Assembly (NCBI GenBank): GCA_947448795.1
Contig: CANFOZ010000005.1
Coordinates: 1 to 61,879 of the forward strand
Source: Bacteroidota bacterium
GTDB lineage: Bacteria; Bacteroidota; Bacteroidia; AKYH767-A; JAHEYN01
Length of the DNA: 61,879 nt
Reading direction: 5' to 3'
The notes beneath the pieces are model-generated. The model saw nothing but the letters and a program-made list of their open reading frames with translations, had not been told where the DNA came from and ran no database searches. Position numbers and translations under genes: made by a program. Below are positions 40,956-48,420 of the stretch, piece after piece; the first letter of the stretch is position 1; each line of letters opens with the position of its first letter.

Positions 40956-42386
40956 ATGAAAACAGTGCTTTTGCGTCTTCTTTTTTTAGTGCTTCTAGGT
41001 GGGCTAATAGTTCCTGCAGTTGCCCAAAATAATACTCAAAATGTGGATTTTTTTGGCTATCGAAACGGGCAAACTAACATTAGTCATTATGATCCAGATC
41101 GCCCAACGGCACATATGGTTCATAAGGACTCTGTCATGTTGGAATACAAGGTATTAAAGCAATACTACAGCGGCTTGTTGGAATTGCAAAAAGACTCTGT
41201 GGACATGATGGATGTTTTTGACGATATTTCTTTCAATTCGGGAAGACAATTCACGATATTTGGTCATGTCAGTCCTAACTGCTCGGTGCACTGCGAGTCT
41301 TTCACCTACGACTATTTGGTGGATGAGATTTGTTATCAGAATCAATACCTCGCCATGAAGGAACTTGATCGGTATATCATCCTTGGAGAAAACGCAGAAG
41401 AGGAATTCGGCGATCAAATTTTATTGTATACCTATCGACCACGAAATGTGCCTGCAAGCAAATTTGATACGCTATTAGATGGTGTTTCCTTGTCTGCTAA
41501 AGTGAAAATAATTCCAAGCTACAATCAACTCTTGCTTACAGGAACCTTGTCTCAAATTAAACAAACAGTAAGTGTTTGCAGGATGCTTGATAGAGCCGTT
41601 GAGCGTATTTTCTTGGAGTTGTTGGTTGTCGAATACAATCACGGGAATAATTTTCAGTGGGACTTCGATGTCTCGTCCGGAACATTGGGGCGTGTAAAAG
41701 ATGTGACTTATAATCCGAAAGATGGTTTTGTAAGTGCAACCTACGACTTCCTTAGTCAACTGCGACCGAATTTCAAGGTTAATCTTTCCGCTTTGGTTTC
41801 TGCTGATTATGCAAACATTGTGACTAATCCCCGTATGATGGCCTTGAACAACGAGGAGGCAACTTTTACCACCGCCGACTCCAAGTGGTTGCGCTTGGTG
41901 TCATCTGGGCTTAATGGTAACTCTACCACCTTTCAAAAGATTGATGCGAGTATGAACTTAAGAGTAACCCCAAAAATTTTAAGTGACCAACTTATCTCTC
42001 TTGATCTTTTTGCAGATAAAACGGAGTTTACCGGGACTCAGTCTTCTGATAATATTCAAACATCCTCCAGTACGATTAACACAAAAGTTATTCTGAAGAA
42101 TGGAGAGACGCTTATCATTGGCGGCCTGATCAAAGGAACCGAAAGCAACACAGAGGGGGGGTTTCCAGTACTTAGCAAAATACCATTTTTTGGGGCTTTG
42201 TTTTCGAATAAGTCAAATGCCAAAACATACAAGGAAACGGTTATGTACATTACTCCATACATGGCTCCTTTAACAGGAAAGGCCATCGAGTCTGGTGTTT
42301 CTACAGTTGAAAATTTAGTTCAACAAGGAAATAAAAAGCAAAAGCTAATAATGCAACGTAGAAAAAGAGCACGTCGGCAGCGTTAA
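40956..42386 (+). CDS. Secretin (GspD/PilQ/pIV family outer-membrane channel)
   Basis: Signal peptide; N3-like NQLLLTGT...LD; LSALV...IVTNPRMMALNNEEATF; LRVTPKI; KNGETLIIGGLI...PVLSKIPFFGALF...MYITP secretin signature. Confidence 0.88.
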   Translation: MKTVLLRLLFLVLLGGLIVPAVAQNNTQNVDFFGYRNGQTNISHYDPDRPTAHMVHKDSVMLEYKVLKQYYSGLLELQKDSVDMMDVFDDISFNSGRQFTIFGHVSPNCSVHCESFTYDYLVDEICYQNQYLAMKELDRYIILGENAEEEFGDQILLYTYRPRNVPASKFDTLLDGVSLSAKVKIIPSYNQLLLTGTLSQIKQTVSVCRMLDRAVERIFLELLVVEYNHGNNFQWDFDVSSGTLGRVKDVTYNPKDGFVSATYDFLSQLRPNFKVNLSALVSADYANIVTNPRMMALNNEEATFTTADSKWLRLVSSGLNGNSTTFQKIDASMNLRVTPKILSDQLISLDLFADKTEFTGTQSSDNIQTSSSTINTKVILKNGETLIIGGLIKGTESNTEGGFPVLSKIPFFGALFSNKSNAKTYKETVMYITPYMAPLTGKAIESGVSTVENLVQQGNKKQKLIMQRRKRARRQR

Positions 42387-43354
42387 TGGAGAGCAATAAT
42401 TTTAAAATGAAGAATAAACTACCTCTTTTCTTTTTAGGACTGTCCCTGCTTGTATTCTTTGCATCTTGCAGAGACAATATCTTTGGACCCAATAAAGCAA
42501 CTATACAGGGTGTCGTTACCGACCTTGCAGGGAAGCCCATTGCAGGAGCAATTATAAACGGAATGCGCAAAGATACACTTGGGAATATGAATCTTGTTGC
42601 ATCGGGCTTTACGGATAATGAGGGGGGTTATCAGCTAGTGAATGTGCCCCTATGTGTTGTTATTCTCTCGGTTCAAAGTGTTGGGTTGCAAACAGCTTAC
42701 GCGACTCTAAATCTCACTCAAAAAAACGATCATCCATTGATTAACTTTGTATTGGCCGGTCATGGCACTATTCAAGGCCGAGCTACTGACAACAACGGGG
42801 AACCGATAAAAAACGCATCCGTGATTGCGACACGGAATGACACTATAACGAATATAACGTATTCGGCCTATACTGATTCGTCTGGTAAATATGCATTAAC
42901 CAATTTACCAGTTGGTGGTTACAATGTCACGACCACCTTTACAGGCCTGAAAACGAACACAAACACAACCGAGATTAATGCGGCTCACTTTATACAAGAT
43001 TTAAATATTGTTTTCGAAGGAGCGCCCGTGATTAAAAGTTTTTATCAAAGGGATTTTATAGCTTCTAAATTGGCATTAGATAGCGTTCGTTTCGCAGTAA
43101 CGACGACAGATAGTTATACATCAAATCCAAATATTGTTTGGGTTACGGTATATGCTACTATTCGTAATAGCAGCGGCTATGTTGTGAAGATTTACGAAAG
43201 CACATCGACAACTCCGTCTACGAGTTTGCTGTTTAACTTCGCATTGCCGGCAACTGATTTGGATTTAGGAACCTACAGCGTCGAATTTGAAGCTGAGGAT
43301 AATGATTATAACAGAAGCACTACCTATCCAGCTACTTTTAATATAGTGGATTAA
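42386..43354 (+). CDS. Lipoprotein with two carboxypeptidase-regulatory-like (Cna-B type) domains and a C-terminal beta domain
   Basis: Lipobox FFASC; IQGVVTD..GKPIAGA...TDNEGGY and IQGRATD..GEPIKNA...TDSSGKY repeats; the start overlaps the secretin stop (TAATG). Confidence 0.8.
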   Translation: MESNNFKMKNKLPLFFLGLSLLVFFASCRDNIFGPNKATIQGVVTDLAGKPIAGAIINGMRKDTLGNMNLVASGFTDNEGGYQLVNVPLCVVILSVQSVGLQTAYATLNLTQKNDHPLINFVLAGHGTIQGRATDNNGEPIKNASVIATRNDTITNITYSAYTDSSGKYALTNLPVGGYNVTTTFTGLKTNTNTTEINAAHFIQDLNIVFEGAPVIKSFYQRDFIASKLALDSVRFAVTTTDSYTSNPNIVWVTVYATIRNSSGYVVKIYESTSTTPSTSLLFNFALPATDLDLGTYSVEFEAEDNDYNRSTTYPATFNIVD

Positions 43355-43363
43355 GGGCGATTT

Positions 43364-43404
43364 AAATCCCCTCGCTACGCGATAGGGATTTTTTGAGGTC
43401 CCGA
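43364..43404 (-). repeat. Displaced copy of the tRNA-Cys 3' end plus terminator (att-like direct repeat)
   Basis: 40 of 41 nt identical to 43708..43748. Confidence 0.9.
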
Positions 43405-43569
43405 GTGGATGTATTCCGCTTCGCTTCATGAATCTTTGGGATGGCCGTAAAGTCAACGAACAAAAGATCAAACCTTCGGTTTTCTTTTGACGTTTTTCAG
43501 CCGCGTCTGAAAGAGCTCTTTCGACGCGTCTTTTAACGTCAAATTCAGCTATCGCTGAATGTGTTCGTA

Positions 43570-43589
43570 TTGAGGTCCCGACCAGATTT
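43570..43589 (-). repeat. Second copy of the tRNA-Cys 3' end (att-like direct repeat)
   Basis: TTGAGGTCCCGACCAGATTT is identical to 43737..43756. Confidence 0.9.
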
Positions 43590-43705
43590 AACTCCGCAGA
43601 ATCCAACAAAGTCCCAGTGCAAGCATTATCCCCATCCCGCCTTTGGCGGTATTGGGATTTTTATTTTTTCGTCACGCTCAAGCACACTTGGCGTTCCTTC
43701 AAAAT

Positions 43706-43738
43706 AAAAATCCCCTCGCTACGCGATGGGGATTTTTT
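43706..43738 (-). terminator. tRNA-Cys intrinsic terminator
   Basis: AAAAATCCCC-TCGC-TAC-GCGA-T-GGGGATTTTT hairpin immediately 3' of the tRNA. Confidence 0.75.
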
Positions 43739-43739
43739 G

Positions 43740-43810
43740 AGGTCCCGACCAGATTTGAACTGGTGTACAAGGTTTTGCAGACCTCTGCCTAACCACTCGG
43801 CCACAGGACC
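43740..43810 (-). tRNA. tRNA-Cys (GCA)
   Basis: GGTCCTGTGGCCGAGTGGTTAGGCAGAGGTCTGCAAAACCTTGTACACCAGTTCAAATCTGGTCGGGACCT folds as a cloverleaf with a GCA anticodon and U discriminator; CCA is not encoded. Confidence 0.96.
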
Positions 43811-43823
43811 TAAAAAGGAAATG

Positions 43824-43831
43824 CAAAGGTA
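43824..43831 (-). promoter_or_regulatory. -7 promoter element (TACCTTTG) for tRNA-Cys
   Basis: TAnnTTTG match 13 nt upstream of the tRNA 5' end. Confidence 0.7.
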
Positions 43832-43935
43832 GTTATTTTTGATGAACTGAAAAAGCCATGGTAAAAACCACTGATTTATTTTAAAATTACACTGCGTATA
43901 TAAGGATTCCGGCTGCTTGCTGCCAAGCAAATGCA

Positions 43936-45561
43936 TCAGTCTAAGAGGCGATAAACATAAAGCCGCTCCGTTTTGGATTCGAAAACCTGTTCATCGATTA
44001 AGTCCTTGACTTTGATGGGGGTTGTTGAGAAAACATATCGGCAATGCATGCCGCGCAAACGGTCGAAATTCCACGCGAGGTTTTGTATTGGCGATTTTTT
44101 CTGTTGCAGCTCGTAACTATACAACTCCGGCCTTTTGCTATGCATTTTTTTGCCGCTTTTGCTTAGCTCATCCTTGACGATCGCTTCAACGGATTCCATG
44201 TAACTCAAGGGGAAGATCGGGAAGTATCCTCCAATAGTATTGTAACCGTTGTACTGAGCAACCTCCGAATTGATTCCTAAACAGCCAACATAGCCAGCCT
44301 TGGGAATCGCATGCGCCACCTTTTTGAATAAGTCTCTTTGATAATATCCATCAAAGGTGTTGTATTCGTTATTATGTGTATCGAAATAGGTTCTATAAAA
44401 GCTATTTTCTGCAAAGTCGGAGCTATAATAATCCGATCTTCCAAGAGGAAAAAAGCCATACAAAAGCATTGCTCCTAATAAGGCACTCACAAGCCCTTTT
44501 AAACGGGGTTTTTCAAGCATCAAACTAGAAGCCGCATAAGCAAGCAGAACATACCAAGCCAGCGGAGCTAAGGCCTGAAAACGCATCTGAAACAAGGGCA
44601 TAACTCCACCTACCAAATGCATAAAGCTTTTCCATTGGAATAGAACAAAGAGAAAGGAAAGAGAACATACGACAATCGTGAGCTGAAGGAGAACATATCG
44701 TTTTGTTGTATCACGCACCAAGAAAAACGAAAGCGCTACAAACCCTATAAGCAATGGCGACTGATAGCTGTGAAAATGGTAGTGGCCGTAAAGAAGATGC
44801 CTGAAAAACAATTGCCCAATGCCAAAAATATTCAGCGTGCCGATACCAAGCTCTTCGCGGTTGCTGACAAAGTGGTCGAGGTAGCGCATTAGAATCAACC
44901 TGTATTCGCAGCCCAATGAAAGGAGCGAAAAAACGAAGAGGGTAAAGAGAAATACGTAGTTGATCGACTTGTTTTTTATACAATGAAACAAGAAAATGAA
45001 CGAAAGCCCAGCAACGAAAAAGACGTTGCTGAAAATGAAACTCGAATAAAAAGGGAAAAGCCCGATGATAATAAAGTTCTTTGCCTGCCTACTGTTTTTT
45101 AGGATGTTAAAAAAAGCATACAGCAACAACGGTTGTCCGGCAATGCTAAGGCCTGCTCCGGGCCAGAAGGGCAATATGGCAAAAAGCAAAGCGCAGAAAT
45201 AGGCGAGGCGCTCTTGCGTATGCTCTAATACATGCTTTTTAAGAAACAAGGCCATTCCAAAAAAGCCAATCAAATGAATCAGTAGGATATTGATATTGTA
45301 TGCAGCCAGTGGCGAAAAAAAAGAATACAACCAAGGCAGCACGTTCAGTTCGGAGGGATAGCAGCCCCGCTCTAATCCATTCAATGCTTGTGGCACGATT
45401 GCGTGATTAGGCGCTGTTATTTTGCCGCTTTCAGCTAGGTTTTTAAGCCAAACCGTATTCGAGTTTAAGTTATCGTGGATCAAATACCTCGCCTTTTCTG
45501 GGAAAAGGATATTCGGGCTTAGGTAAATAAGTAGAATAAGGAAGGCAAGGGCTCTCGACAT
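43936..45561 (-). CDS. DUF6044/YkoS-like polytopic membrane protein (putative GT-C glycosyltransferase)
   Basis: IHDNLNS motif after TM1, many TM helices and a soluble C-terminal domain with AQYNGYNTIGGY. Confidence 0.65.
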   Translation of the reverse strand: MSRALAFLILLIYLSPNILFPEKARYLIHDNLNSNTVWLKNLAESGKITAPNHAIVPQALNGLERGCYPSELNVLPWLYSFFSPLAAYNINILLIHLIGFFGMALFLKKHVLEHTQERLAYFCALLFAILPFWPGAGLSIAGQPLLLYAFFNILKNSRQAKNFIIIGLFPFYSSFIFSNVFFVAGLSFIFLFHCIKNKSINYVFLFTLFVFSLLSLGCEYRLILMRYLDHFVSNREELGIGTLNIFGIGQLFFRHLLYGHYHFHSYQSPLLIGFVALSFFLVRDTTKRYVLLQLTIVVCSLSFLFVLFQWKSFMHLVGGVMPLFQMRFQALAPLAWYVLLAYAASSLMLEKPRLKGLVSALLGAMLLYGFFPLGRSDYYSSDFAENSFYRTYFDTHNNEYNTFDGYYQRDLFKKVAHAIPKAGYVGCLGINSEVAQYNGYNTIGGYFPIFPLSYMESVEAIVKDELSKSGKKMHSKRPELYSYELQQKKSPIQNLAWNFDRLRGMHCRYVFSTTPIKVKDLIDEQVFESKTERLYVYRLLD

Positions 45562-45706
45562 GTTGAATTGCTCGGTATAAAAGCGATAAGGTAAACATAC
45601 TAAAAAGCAAGAAAAGAATAACTTAATTAAACCTTTTTGTTCGCTCTCGTCTAAATAAGCTATTAATCAATGCCTTAATCGAATTATGGCTTGTTTTTTA
45701 ATTATT

Positions 45707-45714
45707 TATCTTTG
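45707..45714 (+). promoter_or_regulatory. -7 promoter element (TATCTTTG)
   Basis: TAnnTTTG match upstream of the ATG at 45748. Confidence 0.6.
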
Positions 45715-45747
45715 CATAACTATAAAACCCTAAACAGTATTAAACCT

Positions 45748-47283
45748 ATGAAAAAACGTTTACACCTATTTTGCATTGTCATGTTAGCTTTTATTGGCAT
45801 TGCTAATGTTAACGCTCAACAAGTTATTGTGTCCACAGGTTTTGATGGATTTCCAACTACAGCTCCTGCAGGTTGGTATGTTTCTTCAACCGGGGTATAT
45901 ACCACAAATGGCAATTTTGGATTTGCTTCGCCTTCTTTAAGGATGTCCAATAATACAGTTGACTCACTGACTACGATTATTACTCCTTCTTTTAGCGGTG
46001 CCGACACCCTTTCTTGTTGGATAAAATTAAATGCTGGTGGTGGCACTGGTGGACTCAATGCGCCATTGAGCACGATGAATGTATATGAATCTCCGGACAG
46101 CACGAACTGGACCCTTATCAGCAGCGCCGACTCCCTTCCTACTACTGGAACAACCGTTCGATTTCCAATATCAGCGAACACGCAAAATGTGAAGATAACC
46201 TATCACAAATTTGCTGGAAACCTCGCTATTGATGATATTAAGCTTACCCATTATGTGCCAGGTGTTCCATTTGCTGACTTCTCTTCATCGGTTGCTTGTA
46301 TTGGCGATTCTACCTCCTTCACTGACCACTCCGTAATAAATGGCGGAACGATTACCAATTGGGCGTGGACCTTCGGCGATGCTTCTGCTCCAGTGATTAG
46401 CCAAAATCCGAAACATTTGTATTCAACGGCTGGCACTTACATTGTTACCCTTTTGGTTTCTGACAATACGCTGGATACCAATTCTATTAGCTATACAGTG
46501 AATGTTAATCCTAAGCCTGTGCCAACATTCACAGCTACTCCCGTTTCGGGCTGCGCTCCATTAGCAGTGCTGTTTACGGATGTTTCTACTATCAGTGCAG
46601 GTACGCTGTTAACCGATCGTTGGTATTTTGGCAACGGCGATACAACACGTTTGAATAACATTGATACCCTTTATACCTACAACACGCCAGGCACCTTCAC
46701 CGTTCGCCTTGGTGTTGTTAGTCAAGCGGGCTGCTTTGCTATCGACTCGCTAGTTAATTTGGTTACCGTATCCGCTGCACCTGTTTCTAACTACAGCTTC
46801 AGCACCACCGGCATGACAACGGCGTTCACCAATGCGGCAACTGGTGCTGCTACGTACGACTGGAATTTTGGCGATGGTACGGCGCATGCTACAAGTACTG
46901 ATCCTTCACATACCTATGCTGCACCGGGTAGCTATACCGTTTGCCTAACAGCAACATCCGCAAACAGCTGTACCGATTCAGTTTGTAAAAATGTGGTTAT
47001 AGCAGATCCTACAGGGATTAAAACCAACGAAGGCGGTCGTTTGAGTATCAGTCCAAACCCGTCACAAGGCCTCTTTAACATCAATTTTGGTGAGGCTGTA
47101 GAAGGAAGCGTAAGCATCAAAGTATACTCTATTCTTGGTCAAGAGGTGCGTAACTTTGAAACGCGTCGCACATCGGCAGCAACCTATGTACTCGATCTCA
47201 CAGGGAGCGACAAAGGGGTTTACTTCATTCAAATAACCTCTGCGAAGGGCGTGCAAACAACCCGCGTTTCGATTTCCCGATAA
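45748..47283 (+). CDS. PKD-domain surface protein with T9SS type A CTD
   Basis: Signal peptide MKKRLHLF, three PKD repeats (WTFGD, WYFGNG, WNFGDG) and SPNPS...GVYFI CTD. Confidence 0.88.
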   Translation: MKKRLHLFCIVMLAFIGIANVNAQQVIVSTGFDGFPTTAPAGWYVSSTGVYTTNGNFGFASPSLRMSNNTVDSLTTIITPSFSGADTLSCWIKLNAGGGTGGLNAPLSTMNVYESPDSTNWTLISSADSLPTTGTTVRFPISANTQNVKITYHKFAGNLAIDDIKLTHYVPGVPFADFSSSVACIGDSTSFTDHSVINGGTITNWAWTFGDASAPVISQNPKHLYSTAGTYIVTLLVSDNTLDTNSISYTVNVNPKPVPTFTATPVSGCAPLAVLFTDVSTISAGTLLTDRWYFGNGDTTRLNNIDTLYTYNTPGTFTVRLGVVSQAGCFAIDSLVNLVTVSAAPVSNYSFSTTGMTTAFTNAATGAATYDWNFGDGTAHATSTDPSHTYAAPGSYTVCLTATSANSCTDSVCKNVVIADPTGIKTNEGGRLSISPNPSQGLFNINFGEAVEGSVSIKVYSILGQEVRNFETRRTSAATYVLDLTGSDKGVYFIQITSAKGVQTTRVSISR

Positions 47284-47298
47284 ATAAGCTATTAAGCG

Positions 47299-47330
47299 AA
47301 AACGCCGCTCCGGTTCGGGGCGGCGTTTTT
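47299..47330. terminator. Bidirectional intrinsic terminator
   Basis: AAAACGCCGCTCCG-GTT-CGGGGCGGCGTTTTT between convergent genes. Confidence 0.85.
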
Positions 47331-47364
47331 ATTGATGGTCGGTCGTGTCTTTGAAAAATGGAGG

Positions 47365-48420
47365 CTACAAAAACCGAACGTTTTTGAGTGATCCTTCCCG
47401 CGATTGCTTAATCGGTTTAATGTAGCTAATCAATAATTCCGGTCCCGCTTTTACTTTGCTTGCCGAATGTAAATTAGAGATGTTCAAATCATAACTAAGT
47501 CCTAGTTTGTAGTCTTGGAATTCCATTCTTCCAGTTAGGATGATGGCATCCTTGCTGCGATACCAGCAGCCCAAGTAGAGGGCACTCGCTTTCTTTGCGC
47601 CGGTGTAGCGCGAACTTTGTCCAAGGCCATAGCGTATGTTAGTTCCAATAACCAACTCGCTTGCTGTGCCTTGTTTCATAAACCAATATCCGGGATTCCA
47701 AGAGATGTTGCTGTTAGGAACTCCAAGAAGCACCATGCCATGCACTACTAAACGCATTTTAAGCGGGTCGCCTTCGGTCTTTAATGGATTGGTGTTAGGG
47801 GTGTTTAAATGATGTATAGCGATGCCGTTACTAATACTTAATCTCCGGTTTCCCGCGTTGCTCTCTCCTTTGTTGAATTGCCATAAAAGGCCGCCTGAAA
47901 AGTCGGTATAAAAAACTTGACCGCTACCTCCACTCTCACCAGAAGGAAGTCCTTGGTTGTAATCCATACCGTCGTATTGGCTGCCCCATTGGTACGCCGA
48001 ATAATCGATGCTGCGTTGCGCAAAAGTGGCTTGCAATCCTGAGGATAGTAAATGGTTTTCAGAAAGCATTTGGGTTGATGATAAGAAGACATTCGCGCCC
48101 TGGTTGCGCAGCTTCCCATCCCCTGCTTGATCAGAGAAGATCATTAACCCAGTGCCCAAAAATCCTTTGCTCCATCGGTTTTTCATCAGCGGAGCATCAA
48201 TGCTTGCGGCCATCGTACGAAAGGGAACGGTGATGCTGTTCCACTGGTTGCGGTAGTTCATCGTTACGCGCAGGTCGCCCGTAAAAGATCCTGTGCAAGC
48301 CGGATTTAAGTGCATCGGACTAACTGCTGCCTGCGACAAGTGCATGTCTTGTGCCTTTGTTTCTGATGCTAGGAGCAGTGCAGCACACGTCACTGCTAAA
48401 AAGGTTCTTAGCTTATTCAT
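47365..48420 (-). CDS. PorP/SprF-family T9SS outer-membrane barrel
   Basis: QDMHLSQ...LNPACTG...NYRNQW, SDQAG and GLSYDLN motifs. Confidence 0.9.
   Translation of the reverse strand: MNKLRTFLAVTCAALLLASETKAQDMHLSQAAVSPMHLNPACTGSFTGDLRVTMNYRNQWNSITVPFRTMAASIDAPLMKNRWSKGFLGTGLMIFSDQAGDGKLRNQGANVFLSSTQMLSENHLLSSGLQATFAQRSIDYSAYQWGSQYDGMDYNQGLPSGESGGSGQVFYTDFSGGLLWQFNKGESNAGNRRLSISNGIAIHHLNTPNTNPLKTEGDPLKMRLVVHGMVLLGVPNSNISWNPGYWFMKQGTASELVIGTNIRYGLGQSSRYTGAKKASALYLGCWYRSKDAIILTGRMEFQDYKLGLSYDLNISNLHSASKVKAGPELLISYIKPIKQSREGSLKNVRFL

Noticed and set aside
40956-43560. Filamentous prophage (pIV secretin plus hairpin origin)
   Set aside because: No Zot/pI ATPase, Rep protein or small coat genes are present, and the secretin lies outside the att-like repeats
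43364-43760. CRISPR-like array or integron attC cassettes
   Set aside because: There are only three unequal tRNA-derived copies with 120-165 bp spacers and no cas or intI gene; the palindrome ends are not in RYYYAAC...GTTRRRY order
43265-43936. ORFs 43265..43609, 43617..43832 and 43661..43936
   Set aside because: They overlap the tRNA, its terminator and the repeats, and show no protein-like features
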